From Felis catus (Eukaryota): a stretch of DNA of 64,000 nucleotides. The DNA is taken from positions 20,648,001-20,712,000 of the forward strand of contig NC_058368.1 in NCBI RefSeq assembly GCF_018350175.1. The letters run 5' to 3'. The position numbers were made by a program, and so were the translations under genes. A model generated the notes under the pieces. It saw only the letters and a program-made list of their open reading frames with translations. It was not told the DNA's origin and made no database searches. This document shows, piece by piece, positions 13,532-27,890 of this stretch. The stretch's first letter is position 1. The number at the start of each line of letters is the position of its first letter.

Positions 13532-13934
13532 AAGTTCATATCTTTTGCTCATGTGGAAAAGAACCTTCGGATGAACAGAGGCGCCGGAATACGTATTCCT
13601 CTAACCACACTCTATCATGTTTCTTAACAGATAGAATATTGCTTCTCATTTCACCGAGTTTTCTATCCTCTTCTCCTTTTCACCCCACATCACCCAGGGT
13701 CATGAGTGTTCCCATTGCTCATTTCATAATGCTCCTATCAGTTGTCCGGAATACCGGACTTGCTCCAAGAGTTTTCCCCACGAGTGCTGAAGTAATAGAA
13801 AGTTGAGGTGAATGACAGAGGTGTTGCTGGAACTGGTTGGAAGGACCTTTTAGCAGTGTTTTGCCTGAGGGGCACCGGGTTACAGGATCACTCCTGTTAA
13901 CATTGTAACATCGCATCCACCCTATAAGCTATGT

Positions 13935-14785
13935 CAAGCAATTTGCTTTCATTGCGACTTTCTGTTGCAAGAGGCCATAAACTCAACCTAAAGGGGCTCA
14001 AACAAAAAGAGATTTTAGTGGCCTATATAATTGAAGAGTTCAGAGGTGGGGTCATCTGGTTATGCTGCCAAATGTAGGGCTCACGTGTGTTGTAAGGCCA
14101 CTGGCTTCTCTCTATGGACCCCTTGCTCTTCTCGCTGGAGTGTTGGCTCCTTCCTGGACAGGCTCATCCCTCAGACTCACAAGATGGCTGCAGAAGCTCC
14201 AGAGCTTACGTCTTCTTAGTTCCACATCCACAAGGGATCATTGCAGTCAGCCATTTGATAGAAGAAGGATTAGCTGCATGAAACTGGATTTCCAGGGTAT
14301 CTGGAAAGAGGAGCATGCCTGGAGATGTGACACCCCTAGAGATTAACCAACCCTGGAGCCATCCTACCTTAAGGTGTGTGATCCGAGACAATAGCTTATT
14401 CTGATTGATTAAATGCCTTTATATTGGTTTCTTGTTAAAAGAGGAATTCACCTTTTTTTGCTATTTCATCTTTTGGTCCACACTTTCTACTTGTTCCATC
14501 ATTTTATTTGATATAGTACATTCAGCTGAAGGCATCCTAAATATTATTGTCATACTTGCTCCAGTTGGGTCATGTGCCCACTCCTGATCATTCACAATGA
14601 GAATGTGATGTGTAAGTGGCCCCAGCCTAAGATGCCCCTGTCCACGTGCAGTGGGACAGCTTCATCCTACTTGACTACATGGACTGAGCATGGAGGAGGA
14701 CGGATAGCTACTGGGTGATGAGGGTGTTGTTTCCATTAAAGAGTGAAATAGATACTGTGAAGCAACAATATCTGGTGTCCAGTAC
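13935..14785. mobile_element. Composite MLT1 (ERVL-MaLR) LTR fragments
   Basis: caagatggctgcagaagctcc, ttgggtcatgtgcccactcctga and caaccctggagccatcctacct motifs of older MLT1 subfamilies; interrupted near 14230-14550. Confidence 0.6.
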
Positions 14786-16746
14786 CTCATCCAATTTGAG
14801 TGTGCCTTCTGTTACACAGTGGCCTCAAACTGTCACCATAGTGAGCTGGGAGTGTGTAATTAGTTGCTTGGTCTGGTAGCCTAGCATGTGTAACGTTGGG
14901 GGTGTTTAAACCAAAGGTAGATCTGCTGTGCTGCCCACCCATCTCAATAAGCCTATGAATACTTTTCCTCACTTAGGGCCTCATATCTCCAGCTTTGGGA
15001 CATCAGCCATTAGAAGGTCATAGCAAAGAAAAATGTGGTCCATGGCTAAGACAGATGCCGGAGATGGCCTTGAGCTGCTGGGCGATCCAGGGCTCTCTAA
15101 AAGATACAAGGAAACCCAAACAGTATATGCAGTATGTACCAGCCCCTGGACCCCACGGTTCTGTGGCCCCTTCTCTCATAGTCCCTGAAGTTCAGCTGGT
15201 CTCCTGGGTCTCAGAATCAGCCTGCTCTGTAGAACAGTGGGGCCTCAGGTCAGGCTGTGTCTAGCCATTTCCATTTTGCTGTTGGCTGGAATTTCATCTG
15301 TCAAGAAGGTTTTGCAGTCAGCCATTTGATAGCGGAAGAGTGAGCCCACGAAGCTGGATTTCCTGCCTATCTAGAAAGAGGAGCACGCCTGCCTGGAGAT
15401 CTGACGTGCTCTGTGCAAATTAGGGCTTAGTTTTTGCTATTCCTGGTCAGTCTCCGCTAAACCTAATGTATTTCAGTGTTTGAGGACTAAAACACACACA
15501 GACTCAAAGATTTTTTTTTTTAATTTTTTATCATGAACTTAAGTAACTTCATCAAGAGAATCTCATCAATGTTAAGCTATTTACTTCCTTCCAAAGTAAT
15601 TTCCTTTCTGTCGATGCACAGACATGCATTTTTACTTAGTTATAATTAGTGTGAACATGCTCGTTTTTGTTTAAGAAAGGTTTTCTTTACCTTGGCATTC
15701 AGATTTGTTTTCATAGGCGAAGAAAACACTGAGAACTAGAAGGAACCTTCGCTGGAGAATTGGGAGGATTATATGGGGTCATGTTATCCCAGAGTTGAAG
15801 AAACCTTAAAGGACCCTGAATCTCACCCCATAGCTCTGAGGACTCCCCTTTAGACTAACAGACTCATTGGAGCAGCCTTCCCACACAAAGGTCTCTCCAG
15901 CTCTTACTGGACGGCACCAAGAGTGGACTCTCCCTTCTAAAGGAAGAATGAAATCCCATTTTCCATACCCCCCCCCTCCCCCGGGGCTAGGGTCTATGGG
16001 TCTGTCCCTGGGCTTGTACCCTCCTTACCTGCTAAGTTATGCAAACAGTTTCCCATGCAGGAAGAAAGCGGAGACCATGCTGCTCTGTAACACTCTTCCA
16101 ACCATTCTCCTCAAGCGTGTGTTGCTTTTCTCCCCCCTCCTAACATGTAACCACACACCAATAGTTTCCAATCTATCAAAGCTTAAATGTCCCAGTCTTC
16201 TCTCCTAAGTCAAGGACACGGCGAAGTTAAGTTTAATTAAAAGCAGCAACTATTTGTACAGCTGTCTCGGGGTTCATGGCTCGTAAAAGGATTTAGCTTC
16301 AAACCTCCCTGCCCCTGTCCTCTGGGACTTTCACACAAAGCCATTTAGGCCCCTCATCTGGGCAGTTACCAGACCCTCGCTTCCCCAGTCACTTCAGGAG
16401 CGCCCCCCCCCCCCATGCTGTGCCCTGATGCTACTTTAGGGGTCAGATCCTCTGAGCTCACGTGGCATGGGGCAAGGCAGAGAGGGGCAGGACTTCCCAT
16501 ACCCGAGTCCCCTTGTTTGGTTTGGGGGAACACAAGGCCTTGACGAAGTTCCTGAAAATTCTCAGGGTTGGGAAAGGGGGTGGGAGGGCATGATCAGGCA
16601 CAGTCTTCCTTTCGTGAGCTTTCTCTGGCTCTTCGCACTTTTGATCGGGGCGGGTCTTTCACGGGCCACCTCCAGCACCCGCGGCACGAATGGTCACTGA
16701 CAGGCCTCTTTCAAAGGAGATGGGGGCGGGCCATCCCTGCAGGTAG

Positions 16747-17520
<774 letters not shown>

Positions 17521-19974
17521 GCGAGTCTGGCCTCCCGCACCCGCGTGGGGCGCAGGATCCCCGGGCAGGGCGGGGCCGCCCACTGCGAGGCCGCGCTGGC
17601 CACAGACCTTCCGCCGGGGCGAGAGAGAACGCGGGAGGCGACACCCCCGGGGACTTGAGTCCAGGAACTCGGGCCCACCTGGAGCCCACCTGACTGCGGG
17701 GCCGAGACGCGGGGAAGCCTTGCCAAAACCTGCCTCTGGAACTCCTTTCTGTCTCTCACATAAATCAGCTTCCTGCTCCAGCTGAAGGCCCTTTCCACAT
17801 GTGCAGCGGTCTGTGGATGGAGGACGGCTCCCCCTGCCCCCCCTTCTAAATTGATAGCCCTTTCTCCAGAGCCTTGCATACACGTATGAGGTCCCCTCTG
17901 TCTTTTGCATGACAAAATCACCTAGATTTATTTAAAGTTCCTTCACACTTAAGACTCACGATTCTTTTTGCACAAATCCAACTCCCCGCAGAGTTCAGAG
18001 GCCTTGCAGAGTCAACCTAAATTCTCATAAAGTGGGGTGAGAGCGGGGTGGGTTTCGGGTGTTGAAGCGTGAATACTAATGCTAAACTCCTGCTAAGTCA
18101 CGCAGCTCATATCTGTAGGGCACGTTTCCTCTTACGGTACCAAACTGTTAAGTCAGTCGAGCCGGGGAACATAGCGGCCGCCTCTCAGGCCGAGTGGGGC
18201 TGTGGAGACCTGGGGGGGCTTGGGATCCAGTCTCCGCTTTGTCATTAACTAACCTTAATTGGTTGAAGGTCACGGATCTTGAGATCTTCTGGCTTTCCAG
18301 TTTTGCTTCATTGCTGCCTCCCCGGCGGCTAGCGGAAGGAAATGAGGGAGGGATGTTGAAGAAAGCCTGGAGCTGTCCTCAGGAGTTGCTTTTCTTGCTC
18401 CACAAGCCAGGGTTTGGGGCAAAAATGGGAAGTGCTGCTCCACTCATGTTAGACAGTTAAAAAAAGCAGCTGCATTTCACCAATGCTCTCTCGTGTGAAA
18501 TGCACCTTGTATTTGGTACCCCAAAGAAATAAAAACTCCTGCCAGTTAAACTATGATGCGCCGTTTCTAAGATGTATCGCCACTTCCGAGATTTTTGAAA
18601 CCTCGTGACAAGAGGTGCATCTTTAGAACTGACGGAGTAGGAAGCGCTGTGTGATGTCAGGAACCTATTTGGGGTGGGGCACAGGTAGGTTGGCAAGAGG
18701 AGAGGCCGAGTGAGGAGTTCCACCTTAGGTGATCTCGGAAGGCTTCTCAGAGGAAGTGATCTTTAAGAAACAAAATGAAGGCTTGCCTCGCAGACATGAA
18801 AGGGAAAAAACATTTCAGGGGAGCTGTGTGATCCAAGGCCCGGAAGCAAGGAAAGGGCCTGGGCCTTTGGGGGAACTGAAATGAGCTCGCTATGGCAGAA
18901 GGTATAAAAGGATGCTGGAGACGTAAGTGGGGTCAGGTGGCGAAAGGCCTGTGTGTCACGCAGAGGACGTTGAATCGTCTTGCAGGCAAAGGCAACTGTT
19001 GAAATGACTGAGGCGAGGACCTGACCCTGGATAAATCACAGCCGGGGAGGTCGCAGTTTGGGGGTCAGGTCAGAGACCGTGGTCCGAGGGCCTGACCCAG
19101 CTCAGACGCACTGAGCTCTCTGCTCTGGCCTACAAATCACACCTCCAGAACTTTACCCAGCTGTCACTTCTACTTGGTGACCCTCTTAACGCTTTCGACT
19201 TGACTTTTGTCCTCAACATGTTCCACCGTCCTCAAGCTTTCTTTATCCAAACCTCAACCCCCTCACTCCTTTTCCGAGAAAATGGAGGCCGACAGACACA
19301 AACAGCTTCCTCTCGACCTGAAAAATCTCATTTCCACTCATCCTCCTTCTTGTCGCTAATAAATGCTGTTTGGTCCCCCTGACCCCCAACCAAAGTAGCC
19401 TTCCTCTTAGCTGCTAGAGCAAATCCTTCATCTGCCCTGGACCTCGTTCTATCAATTCGCTTCTCATCCGTATAGTCTCTGCTGCCTGCACTCTGCCGGT
19501 TCCTCAGTCCATAAACTTGCTCAAGCTTCCCTTACCTCCCCGCACCTTGAGTCCCAGTCCTTTATTCACCTTCCGAGAAAACAAGTAGACATCTGCATGT
19601 GTTGCTTCCACTTTCTAGAAGTGTCCAGAGTGCTCATTAGGAACAGAGCTGTCAACTTTCTTACTCCCGGAGTCTGCTGCTCACCTGCAAGGGTGAGTTC
19701 TTAGAGCTCCTGAGAAGAGCCAGTACTTTCAGAAGGGAGAGAAACAGGCAGAGGTTTCTCTGGATGATTTGCCTCCTGGCTAACTAACATCTTGGGATTT
19801 TTCTTGGTTTTCTATTTGGAGAGAAGGTAGTATCTCCATTTGGTTGTGGAGTAATGATTATAAAGAACTCAGACTTAAGGACACAATAGTTTGTCTTTCC
19901 AGGGGGCTGGTTATGCAGAGTTGGCTTCATTATCACTGGTGTTAACTCGAAAAAGTCGGGAGAATTGTCTTTCT

Positions 19975-21570
19975 ATATATTTTTTCTGACATAAGTTTTA
20001 GGTGCACAGCTTTATCATTTGACATCTGTATATACTACAAAGTGATCACCACCATAAGTCTTGTTACAACCCATCACCACACGGTTGACCACCTCCACCC
20101 ATTTCACCCACCCTTCAACCCCCTTCCCCTCTGGGAACCACTAGTCTGTTCTCTGTATCTCTGATTTTTGTCTTTGCCTTATTTTGTTTGTCCTTTTGTT
20201 TTGTTTTTTAGATTTCACATCTGAGTGAAATCATACAATATTTGTCTTTCTCTGTTTGCCTTATGTCACTTAGCATAGTACCCTTGAATCCATCCATGCT
20301 GTCGCAAATGGCAAGATTTTATTATTTTTTATGGCTATGTGTGTGTGTGTGTGTGTGTGTATGTGTGGAGCCACCTCTTTATCCATTTATGTATCAATGG
20401 ACATTTAGGTTGTTTTCATATCGTGGCTATTAAAAATAATGCTGCAGTGAACACAGGGGTGCGTGTATCTTTTCACATTCGTGTTTTCATATATTTTGGA
20501 TAAGCACCCAGAAGTGGAAGAGCTGACTCCTATGGCAGTTCTGTTCTTTATTTTTTGAGGGATCCTCATAGCGTTTTCCAGAGTGGCTGCACCAATTTAC
20601 ATTCCCACTAACAGTGCACAAAGGTTCCCTTTTCCCCCCGCTCTCACCAACACTTGCTATTTCTTGTCTTTTTGATACTAGCCATTGTAACAGGTGTTAG
20701 GAGATACTGTGGTTTTGATGTGCATTTCTCTAATAATTAATGATGTTGAGCGTCTTTTCCTGTGTCTGCTGTCCACCTGTATGCTTTCTTGGAGAAATGT
20801 CTATTCACCTGCTCTGCACGTTTTTTAGCCAGTAGTTTACTTTTGTGTTGTTGAGTTGTATGAGTTCTTTATATATATTTAGATATTAACCCCTTCTCAG
20901 ATGTTTGGTTTACAAATATCTTCTCCTATTCAATAGGTTGCTCGTTTATTCTGGTGATGGCTTCCTTTGTGGAGGAGAAGCTCATTAGTTTGATGTAGTC
21001 ACATTTGTTTATTTTTGCTTTTGTTTCTATTGCTGTTGGAGTCAGATCCACAAAGATGTGTCCCTAAGACTGATGTCAAGGGAGCTTACTGCCTATGCTT
21101 TGTCCCCCCGTCTCATTCTTTTGCCTGTGGCTCTCCAAGGTTCTCATTACCATTTATGGAAGAGGCTGTCCTGTCTTCATTGTTATTGGCTCCTTTGTCA
21201 TAGATTAATTGCCCATATATGTATGGATTTATTTCTAGCTCTCAGTTCTGTTCCATTGATCTGTGTGTCTGTTTTTGCACCAGCATTGTGGTATAGCTTT
21301 GTAGTATACCTTGAAATCAGGGAGCATGATCCTTACAGCTTTGTTCTTTTTTAATTGTGCTTTGGCTATTTGGGATCTTTTATAACTCCACACAAATTTT
21401 AGAATTATTTGGTCTAGTTCTTTGAAGTATGCCATGAATTTTGATAGGGATTGCACTGAGCCTGTAGGTTGCTTTGGTTCATATGGCTATTTTAACAGTA
21501 CTAATTCCTTCAATCCCTAAATACGGAATATATTTCCATTTATGTGTGTCTTCTCCAATTCCTTTCATGT
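19975..21570 (-). mobile_element. L1 3' portion in the DLEU7 intron (antisense)
   Basis: Minus-strand ORF2-like [22 protein letters not shown]...[10 protein letters not shown]; reverse L1 3' UTR; internal (TG)n. Confidence 0.9.
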
Positions 21571-21779
21571 TTTCTATATTTTCAAATTAAGGACACGCAG
21601 ATTGATTTTCTACACAGAATGATTTCAAGAGGACTTGTACTAATGGAAATAACACTTGTGTGTCACTTGGAAGTGTGTGGAAATGTCTCCAACATCAGGT
21701 CTCTTTCACAGTGTTACTTGCCACAGAGAGGAGGACTCACTTGGCCTGAAGCCCACAGCCCAGGTGATAGGCAGCAGGG

Positions 21780-22030
21780 ACCCAAAGCAGAGACAGTGCA
21801 GCACAGCTCGGTGATCTGGTCTTCCAGAATATTTCAAACCTACTATGCCACTGCCTGCTGTAGGCCCTTGGACAGAGTATCCTTCTTGTGCCTCAATCCC
21901 CTTGCGTGTAAAGTGGGGGTAGAGGGATCTAACCTTACTGGGTTATTAAGATAATGCACATGAAGTCTTAGCTAGTGGCTGCCCATACAAAGTCCCAGTA
22001 CCTTTGAGCTATTATTATTATTATTAATAA
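21780..22030 (+). mobile_element. MIR
   Basis: tgcctcaatccccttgcgtgtaaagtggggg...agctattattatta. Confidence 0.65.
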
Positions 22031-22757
22031 TAAGTTGATGCCTCATGTTCTTGTCAACTATTATTATTGTGTTGCATTCTTGATATTGATGGATCTGACC
22101 CATGGACTCTATTTAATTTTCTGAGTTTACAGAAGCAGAGTCAGGATGACCCAAGGAGATTAAGAGGCCTCTGCTCTCCAGAGGTCAGCTTTAGCCCATG
22201 TCTCTTATGACTAGCATAGAGACGTTATCACTGAATGACTTCCTGATCAAACCACTGAGGATTAATTAAGGAAGTGAAATTTTTAGGCTCGGAGGCAGAG
22301 AAACTCTCATCACAATACTAATGGATATTTTTTGATAGTATTTTAGTCTTTTCTTAAAGAATCCAACACAATATTCTTTTTGAATATTTAGAGATTATCA
22401 AACACACGCCAAACATACATGAAGTGAGATTCTTTATAGTGGATAAAAAATGCTTCACGGTACTGAGTCTTGTTAAATTTGTGGGAGAGCCTAGAGTTAA
22501 TCAGCTTGACAAACATCTGTTACAAGAGGAAACTGAGGTTCAGAGGAATTTAGGATTTTGCTAAAGATCTCATAACCGGGAAGTCATGGCCCACGATCCA
22601 AACATGGTTTTAGCTGACTTTTTCTACCAAATCAATTAGAGAGGGGTATGAATATCATGCTGAAATCAAGTACATGAGTGTGTACAGTTGACGAGGTACG
22701 GTTATATGTGCTGTGCACTGCACACTGCTTGAACTACAACAGTCACCTTATAGACTG

Positions 22758-23155
22758 GGTATCTTAGTCAGCGTGGGCTGCTGTAACAAAATGCCATAGA
22801 CTGGGTGGCTTAAACCACGGGCATTTATTTCCTCATTGTCCTGAAGGCTGGAAAGTTGAAGATCAAGGTGCAAGCAAATTTGGGTTTTGTTAAGGGCTTT
22901 CTTCCTGGCTTGTAGACTGCCTGCTATGTCATGAATGGCTTTTCCTCTGTACATGCAGAAAGAGAGAGAGAGATCGATCTTGGATGTCTCTTCCTCTTCT
23001 TACAAGGACCTCAATCCTATCAGATTAGGACTTCACCCTTACGAGCTTATATAACCTTTATTACCTCCCTAGATGTCCTTTTTCCAGTACAGTCACGCTA
23101 GAGGTTATGTTTCAACATATGAGTTTTTTTGTGGGGGGACACAATTTAGCTCATT
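22758..23155 (-). mobile_element. MLT1 (MaLR) solo LTR
   Basis: tcttagtcagcgtgggctgctgtaacaaaatgccatagactgggtggcttaaa ... ttcaacatatgagttt...gggggacacaatt. Confidence 0.85.
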
Positions 23156-23537
23156 ATATTGGGTCATTTGTGTGTCTCTTTATGTGATGGCCACTTTACA
23201 TAGTGACAAAAAGCACCAGACAAATGTAGGAAATCATCATCAAACTGGTAATAACTATCAAGGATGCTTTAGGCACTCACCACTCAAAGGGAACATAGAA
23301 ACACGCAGTCTAGGATTTTAAGAGCTGCTGAAAATGATCAACTCACATAGACACCATTAACCAAGCCAATTATGAAGTCACTCTGATTGAGTTTGTCTGT
23401 CTTCCTTTGAGGAGTTAAAACCATTTACAGTTTCCAAGAGTTCTGCTCTGGAGCAAGTCTCATGGAAACTATGGCTGATGCCAACTTTCGGAGGCAAGAG
23501 AACATTCCTGCTGTTACAGATTAAACTTGCCTTTGGA

Positions 23538-23663
23538 GGGGCACCTGCATGACTCAGTCGGTTAAGTGTCAGACTCTTGATTTCTGCTCAGGTCATGATC
23601 TCACTGTTCATGAATTCGAGACCCACATCGGGCTCTGCACTGACACTGTGAAGCCTGCTTGGG

Positions 23664-23709
<46 letters not shown>

Positions 23710-23729
23710 TAAATAAAGCTTAAAAAAAA
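23538..23729 (+). mobile_element. CanSINE
   Basis: Consensus head, (CT)n, A-tail. Confidence 0.9.
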
Positions 23730-24379
23730 CCTGCCTGTGGGTTCACTCATTTCAATGAGCTAATTCCACTAGCAGTCATTCCTTCATGTTCAGTAGTCTT
23801 TGCTGGTTTTCTCATTCTACATACCGAGTGCGGTGGTCATAAAACCATTGGCTTTGGCTTCACGGTCCCTGCTAATGTTCTTTGCAAACTGCAAGTGTGA
23901 ATGTTGGGTCACTCAGAGGAAGACATTGGTGATGACTGCTTTTTTCCTCATTAATATGAGTTTTGAAGCCAATTTCTGCAAACGTGGGAACTGTGCCTTT
24001 AAAAATTACGAACATACTATTGAAGAAATAAATGCTCAGGGTTATAGGGTTAGTAGCACAGCCACAGAATTGCCCTTCACTGGGGATAAAATCATGTTTT
24101 TCTGTGACAGAAAGGCCCAGTGACTGCTCTTCAAGTAGCTTAACTCTAGCTTTGTTATTGCTCATAATGTGAATGATAAGAAAATCAGGGCACTTATGCT
24201 TCCAAAATGAAACTTTGGGGAAAGATAGGGCAGGAAGGCCCTAAAACAAAACTACTTACATATAACATCTTGCTGGAAATGCTGCCGTGCTTTATTTTAC
24301 AGTTTTGGGGTTTGCCTTGTGAACGTACCTGAATCAAGTGCTTGTATCCATCGCAAAGTGCTTTTAACTGGACTTTTCT

Positions 24380-24584
24380 TTCAACGTTTATTTATTTTTG
24401 GGACAGAGAGAGACAGAGCATGAACGGGGGAGGGGCAGAGAGAGAGGGAGACACAGAATCGGAAACAGGCTCCAGGCTCTGAGCCATCAGCCCAGAGCCT
24501 GACGCGGGGCTCGAACTCCCGGACCGCGAGATCGTGACCTGGCTGAAGTCGGACGCTTAACCGACTGCGCCACCCAGGCGCCCC
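24380..24584 (-). mobile_element. Young SINEC_Fc
   Basis: CpG-rich near-consensus copy; perfect 16-bp TSD ttaactggacttttct (24364-24379, 24585-24600). Confidence 0.95.
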
Positions 24585-26679
24585 TTAACTGGACTTTTCT
24601 AACGAAAACGATACCATACCCAAAGCAAATGCATAAGGAACCTTAGTTACTTTTGAGTGTTGAAACTGGGTACCCCACACGTAAAAATGTTTAATTTCCT
24701 GTGGACGGTAGACTTTTTATGGTGACTGGCAGATACTTTGGTTCTTCACTGAGTGTTTTATTAACACAGTTGCATATCTATTTGAGATTGACCTGGGGTC
24801 CAGGCAACTGGAGGCTGCTCTGGGCCCTGTGAACTTGTAGTTCAAAGCCAGATGTTGATGAACCAAGGGGCAATTTGTAGTATACTGTTTCTGATAGCGT
24901 GGTTTTCACAACACGCTTCTAAATAAAGAAATGGCGTTCTCATTTTACGTACACATCCAGTGCAGAAGGCTGTGATGGGTCTGGGGGAGGGGGTTTGTGT
25001 TCCTTTAGTGGAGAGCGGCCTGCTGGCCAAGCTGAAGTTCATTAAGGTCAGGCTTCATCCCAGAAAGCTGGGAAAAAGCTCTTTCTTCAATCCTCTCTGT
25101 AGAGGGCATTAGGTTCATGGGGAGCAAGAAAGGAAAATGTGAAAAGAAACAAGGTTGCGGAGGCCCTTGTAAGAGAATATAGCTTAAAATGTTGCTGTTT
25201 CCAAAAGAATGGACTTATTTTAAAGCCGGAGGGTAAGCCTATTTGAACTGGTTTTTAGTTTTTATAGATCTAGAAGTGATTTTGAAGGTGATGAGGTAGG
25301 GAAAAAGCCAAAGATCTTCCTCGTGGATTGCTTAAAAGTAATCTGAATTGTAGAGCCTATAAAGTCATATTGTGTTTTTGACTTTACTATCCGTTGGTGT
25401 TGGTTTCAGAAAACAAGCCTTGAAACTGCTGCTGCCAGATTCTTTTTGCCTTCAAGCCTTCAGTTTCGATGGGACTGTTTATTTTCAGTAAGAAGCTAAA
25501 AAAAAGGCCTAGCTTTTCTTCCCTTTTGGATTTTGCAGGTGCATTTACGGTTGCTCCAGGGTTCCAGATGTGCGCATTCCTAATAAATACAATGCAGAAG
25601 GCAGCAAAGGGCAAGTGGGCAGTTTTTGTAAGAGACCTCCCTTTCTCCCAGGTAGGAGAGGGCCGAGCGGCGGAAGAGTGAGCTCCAGCTAGGAGGCGTC
25701 TGATTAGCTACGGGTTGGCTTTGCATGGGGTGTAGAAGGTTCCACACCTTGACCGTCTTCCAGACAGCCAAACCCTCTCAATTATGTTGCAGGGAGGAGG
25801 GATGGACCAATGGACCAATTTTCAATTTGTATGTGACCAATGCCAGTTTGAGGTTCGTAACACCCAGCCTTAAGAAAAATAGAGTGACTGTGGCCAAAGA
25901 AGAAACATTCACTTGCAGACATTGTTGTTCCATCCCAAAGCTAATGCGGTGCCTCTGCGGCGTGCTTTCATGGTATCCCTGCTCACCCCTCTGTGGCGTC
26001 TATGGTGGGGGGGGGGGGATCCAGGCCCCCACCCCCTTCTGCTGCCTGCCCTGGAGAGTAAACTCTGCTTTGCGAATCACTGCTGTACCAGCCTGGTTTC
26101 TGATCTGGGGGCGGGTCTTTGATGAACATCTGCGTTTGGGAAGAGAGGATAACTCAAGCCCTGCCACTCATTTGCTGTGCGAGGTGGGTACATTGCCTGA
26201 TCTCTCTAAACCCCTGTCATTCACGGACTGTTGTGAGGACTGAGTGAGACAGGGTGTGTCAGGAGGGAGCCTGGCTTTGGATCCTGCATCTAGTGGGTTA
26301 GGCCAGACCAGCGTTCTTAAAACTCTGGCTCGCCCTGTTATCCCCACGCTTGGAAGAGTCCAGGGACCTTACTGTGGCGCTCAAGGCTCGCACACTAATT
26401 TCTGTCCTGGTTCGGAGCACAAAGATCTTTCAGACTGGCCCCTTCCCAGTCCCAGCCCCTCCTTGACTTCAGGCCGTAGCTCATGTTATTCATTCTGATT
26501 GCGGGGGCCGTCTTTTCCCTGGGGGGCCGATACTGCTTTCCCTAGAATCACCTGCCTCGTAATATCGGTACAGTCTTCCCACCACTTCTCTGATGCCTCA
26601 TTTCTTCTGCAAGGGCTGGCAGGACAGAACTCTGATGGTCTTGACCACTTAAAAGAAGATTATTGTGGTAAAAAAAAAA

Positions 26680-27890
26680 AGGGCATAACATAAAGTGTAC
26701 TATTTTAAGCGTATGGTTCAGCAGTATAGAGAGCGTTCACATTGTTGTGCAACTAATCTCCATAATTTTTTCATCTTGAACATCCGAAACCCTGTACACG
26801 TTAAACAACAAATCCCCAGGGGCACCTGGGTGGCTCAGTGGGTTGAGCCTCCGACTTCACATCAGGTCACGATCCCACAGTTGGTGGGTTCGAGCTCCAT
26901 GTCTGCTCTGTGCTGACAGCTCAGAGCCTGGAGCCTGCTTCAGGTTCTGTGTCTCCCTCCCTCTCTCTGCCCCTCCCCCGTTCGCTCTCTCTCCTCTCTC
27001 TCCCAAAAATACATTAAAAAAATAAAGGCTTATGGGGCGCCTGGGCGGCTCAGTTGGTTAAGCATCCGACTTCGGCTCAGGTCATGATCTCGCGGTCCGT
27101 GAGTTCGAGCCCCACGTCAGGCTCTGGGCTGACCGCTCAGAGCCTGGAGCCTGTTTCCGATTCTGTGTCTCCCTCTCTCTCTGACCCTCCCCTGTTCATG
27201 GTCTGTCTCTCTCTGTCTCAAAAATAAATAAACGTTAAAAAAAAAATAAAAAAAAAATAAAGGCTTTTACTATGAAAAATAAATAAATAAACATTTTTTA
27301 AAAATGAAAAAAAAAAAAACCCAACAAATCCCCATTTCTCCTCCCCCCCGGCTCTGGCATCCACCATTCTTTCTGTTTCTGTGACTTTGACTCTAAGTAC
27401 CACACATAGGTGGAATCGTACGGTATTTATCGTCTTGTGTCTGGTTTATTTCAGTTAGCATCATGTCCTCCAGGTTCATTCACGTCATAGCACCTTTTAA
27501 AGGCTAAATAGTATTTCCTCCTATGTATATACCACAGTTTGTTTATCCATCGATTTGTCAACGGGCACTTGGGCTGCTTCTCCCTCTTGGCTGTGGTGGA
27601 GAGTGCCGCTGTGGATGTGTATGTGCAGGTATCTCTTTGAGACCCTGACTCCGTCTTTTGGCTGCACTTGTATGTTCCAGAAGTGGAATTGCTGAATCAT
27701 ATGGTAATTCCTTGTTTCATTTTTGGGGGGAGCCTCCATACTGTTTTCCAGAGTGGCTCGGTGACTTTCCCTTCCCACCAGCGGTGCCCGGAGGTGCCAG
27801 CTTCTCCACATCCTCACCAACACTTGTTGCGTTCAGGTTTTTCTGACGGTGGTCATCCTAATGGATATGAGGTGAGCTCGACCACTCTTT
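26680..27890 (-). mobile_element. L1MB-like 3' end carrying two tandem CanSINEs
   Basis: Reverse L1 motifs ccagaagtggaattgctgaatcatatggtaattc and tctccacatcctcaccaacacttg. Confidence 0.85.
26819..27320 (+). mobile_element. Two CanSINEs; the second (27034-27257) inserted in the tail of the first
   Basis: Inner TSD aaataaaggctt; outer TSD caacaaatcccca. Confidence 0.9.

Noticed and set aside
13354..13806. 150-aa plus-strand ORF
   Set aside because: Starts at GTG and runs through a short L1 insertion and its tail; no recognisable homology.
18731..18741. gatctcggaag, an 11-mer shared with 5S rRNA
   Set aside because: No flanking similarity; lies in L2-like sequence; chance match.
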